Below, in pieces: positions 31,538 through 32,000 of a DNA stretch of 32,000 nucleotides. The stretch covers positions 9,365 to 41,364 of the forward strand of contig NZ_PGGB02000007.1 of assembly GCF_002803295.2 (NCBI RefSeq). Direction: 5' to 3'. The translations under genes and the position numbers were made by a program. The notes beneath the pieces are model-generated. The model saw only the letters and a program-made list of their open reading frames with translations. It was not told the DNA's origin and did not search any database. The stretch is from Caedibacter taeniospiralis. Its GTDB lineage: Bacteria; Pseudomonadota; Gammaproteobacteria; Francisellales; Francisellaceae. Every line of letters starts with the position of its first letter. Positions within the stretch are counted from its first letter, which is position 1.

Positions 31538-32000
31538 AGGACGGATGAGTTATTATATGAATGCCGGGTGAAACTGCCTAATATCGAAATTGTGCATCTG
31601 CTAAATTACTACTTCAAAATCTGGTTTAACACGCGCTTAGGTGTGCAATATCAATCGTTTTTAAATAATCTGGTCGAAGGCAAGGTAGAGAAGTTCAGTG
31701 AGCAATTAAATACTTATCTCACCGAAGCCTTAAGTGTCAGAGACACGGGTTACACCGCCGAGAAGTTTTATCACGGATTAGTTTTGGGTTTGATTGCCTC
31801 ATTAAGAGCGACGCATCTTATCCACTCCAATCGTGAATCAGGGGATGGTTATCCCGATGTGCTTATTTATCCTTTGGCAAATAATCAAAAGCACGATTTA
31901 GGCATTGTGATGGAATTTAAGCATGCCAGGGAAGATGGCAGCGAAAACCTGGAGAAACTCGCCAAGCAAGCGTTAAGCCAGATTGAGCAAAAAAATTATG
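31538..32000 (+). pseudogene. C-terminal PD-(D/E)XK nuclease domain of an AAA-ATPase-like/PD-(D/E)XK (DUF1703-type) gene; 5' truncated, 3' runs off the window
   Basis: Frame open from just after TAA at 31535: ...LPNIEIVHLLNYYFKIWFNTRLGVQ...YTAEKFYHGLVLGLIASL..THLIHSNRESGDGYPDVLIYPL..HDLGIVMEFKHAREDGSENLEKLAKQALSQIEQKNY; the S/N-RESG.GYPD....GIVMEFK core is characteristic. Confidence 0.75.

Overview
The window looks like an ordinary chromosomal segment of a gammaproteobacterium (possibly Legionellales/Coxiella-like; this is inferred from gene content only). Housekeeping genes supported by sequence: the N-terminal part of a cation/proton antiporter (runs off the left edge), mlaA, a DHA2/EmrB-type MFS transporter, glnE, purL, a 5-formyl-THF cyclo-ligase, a BolA-family gene, rlmE, a PduO-type cobalamin adenosyltransferase, an MscS-type channel, ispD-ftsB-eno, engB, a LMW phosphatase, a RES/Xre toxin-antitoxin pair, a HepT/MntA-like pair, an EamA transporter, greA, clpB, hsp20 and pyrF. 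The right end is an accessory region: a large 5'-truncated gene joined to a RecE-like nuclease fragment, a group II intron with its RT/maturase, a LysR regulator and a 5'-truncated PD-(D/E)XK gene. The most notable signal is a ~101-109 bp imperfectly palindromic dispersed element. It occurs three times (775-877, 5041-5149, 31265-31365), has apparent short target duplications, and one copy is inserted in frame inside glnE, adding 39 codons. Other points worth checking: a 70-aa acidic C-terminal tail on enolase, a 13-bp perfect inverted repeat directly upstream of the xre antitoxin, paired sigma32-like promoters for the divergent clpB and hsp20, and a eukaryote-type PyrF signature. No CRISPR array, tRNA or rRNA was recognised.
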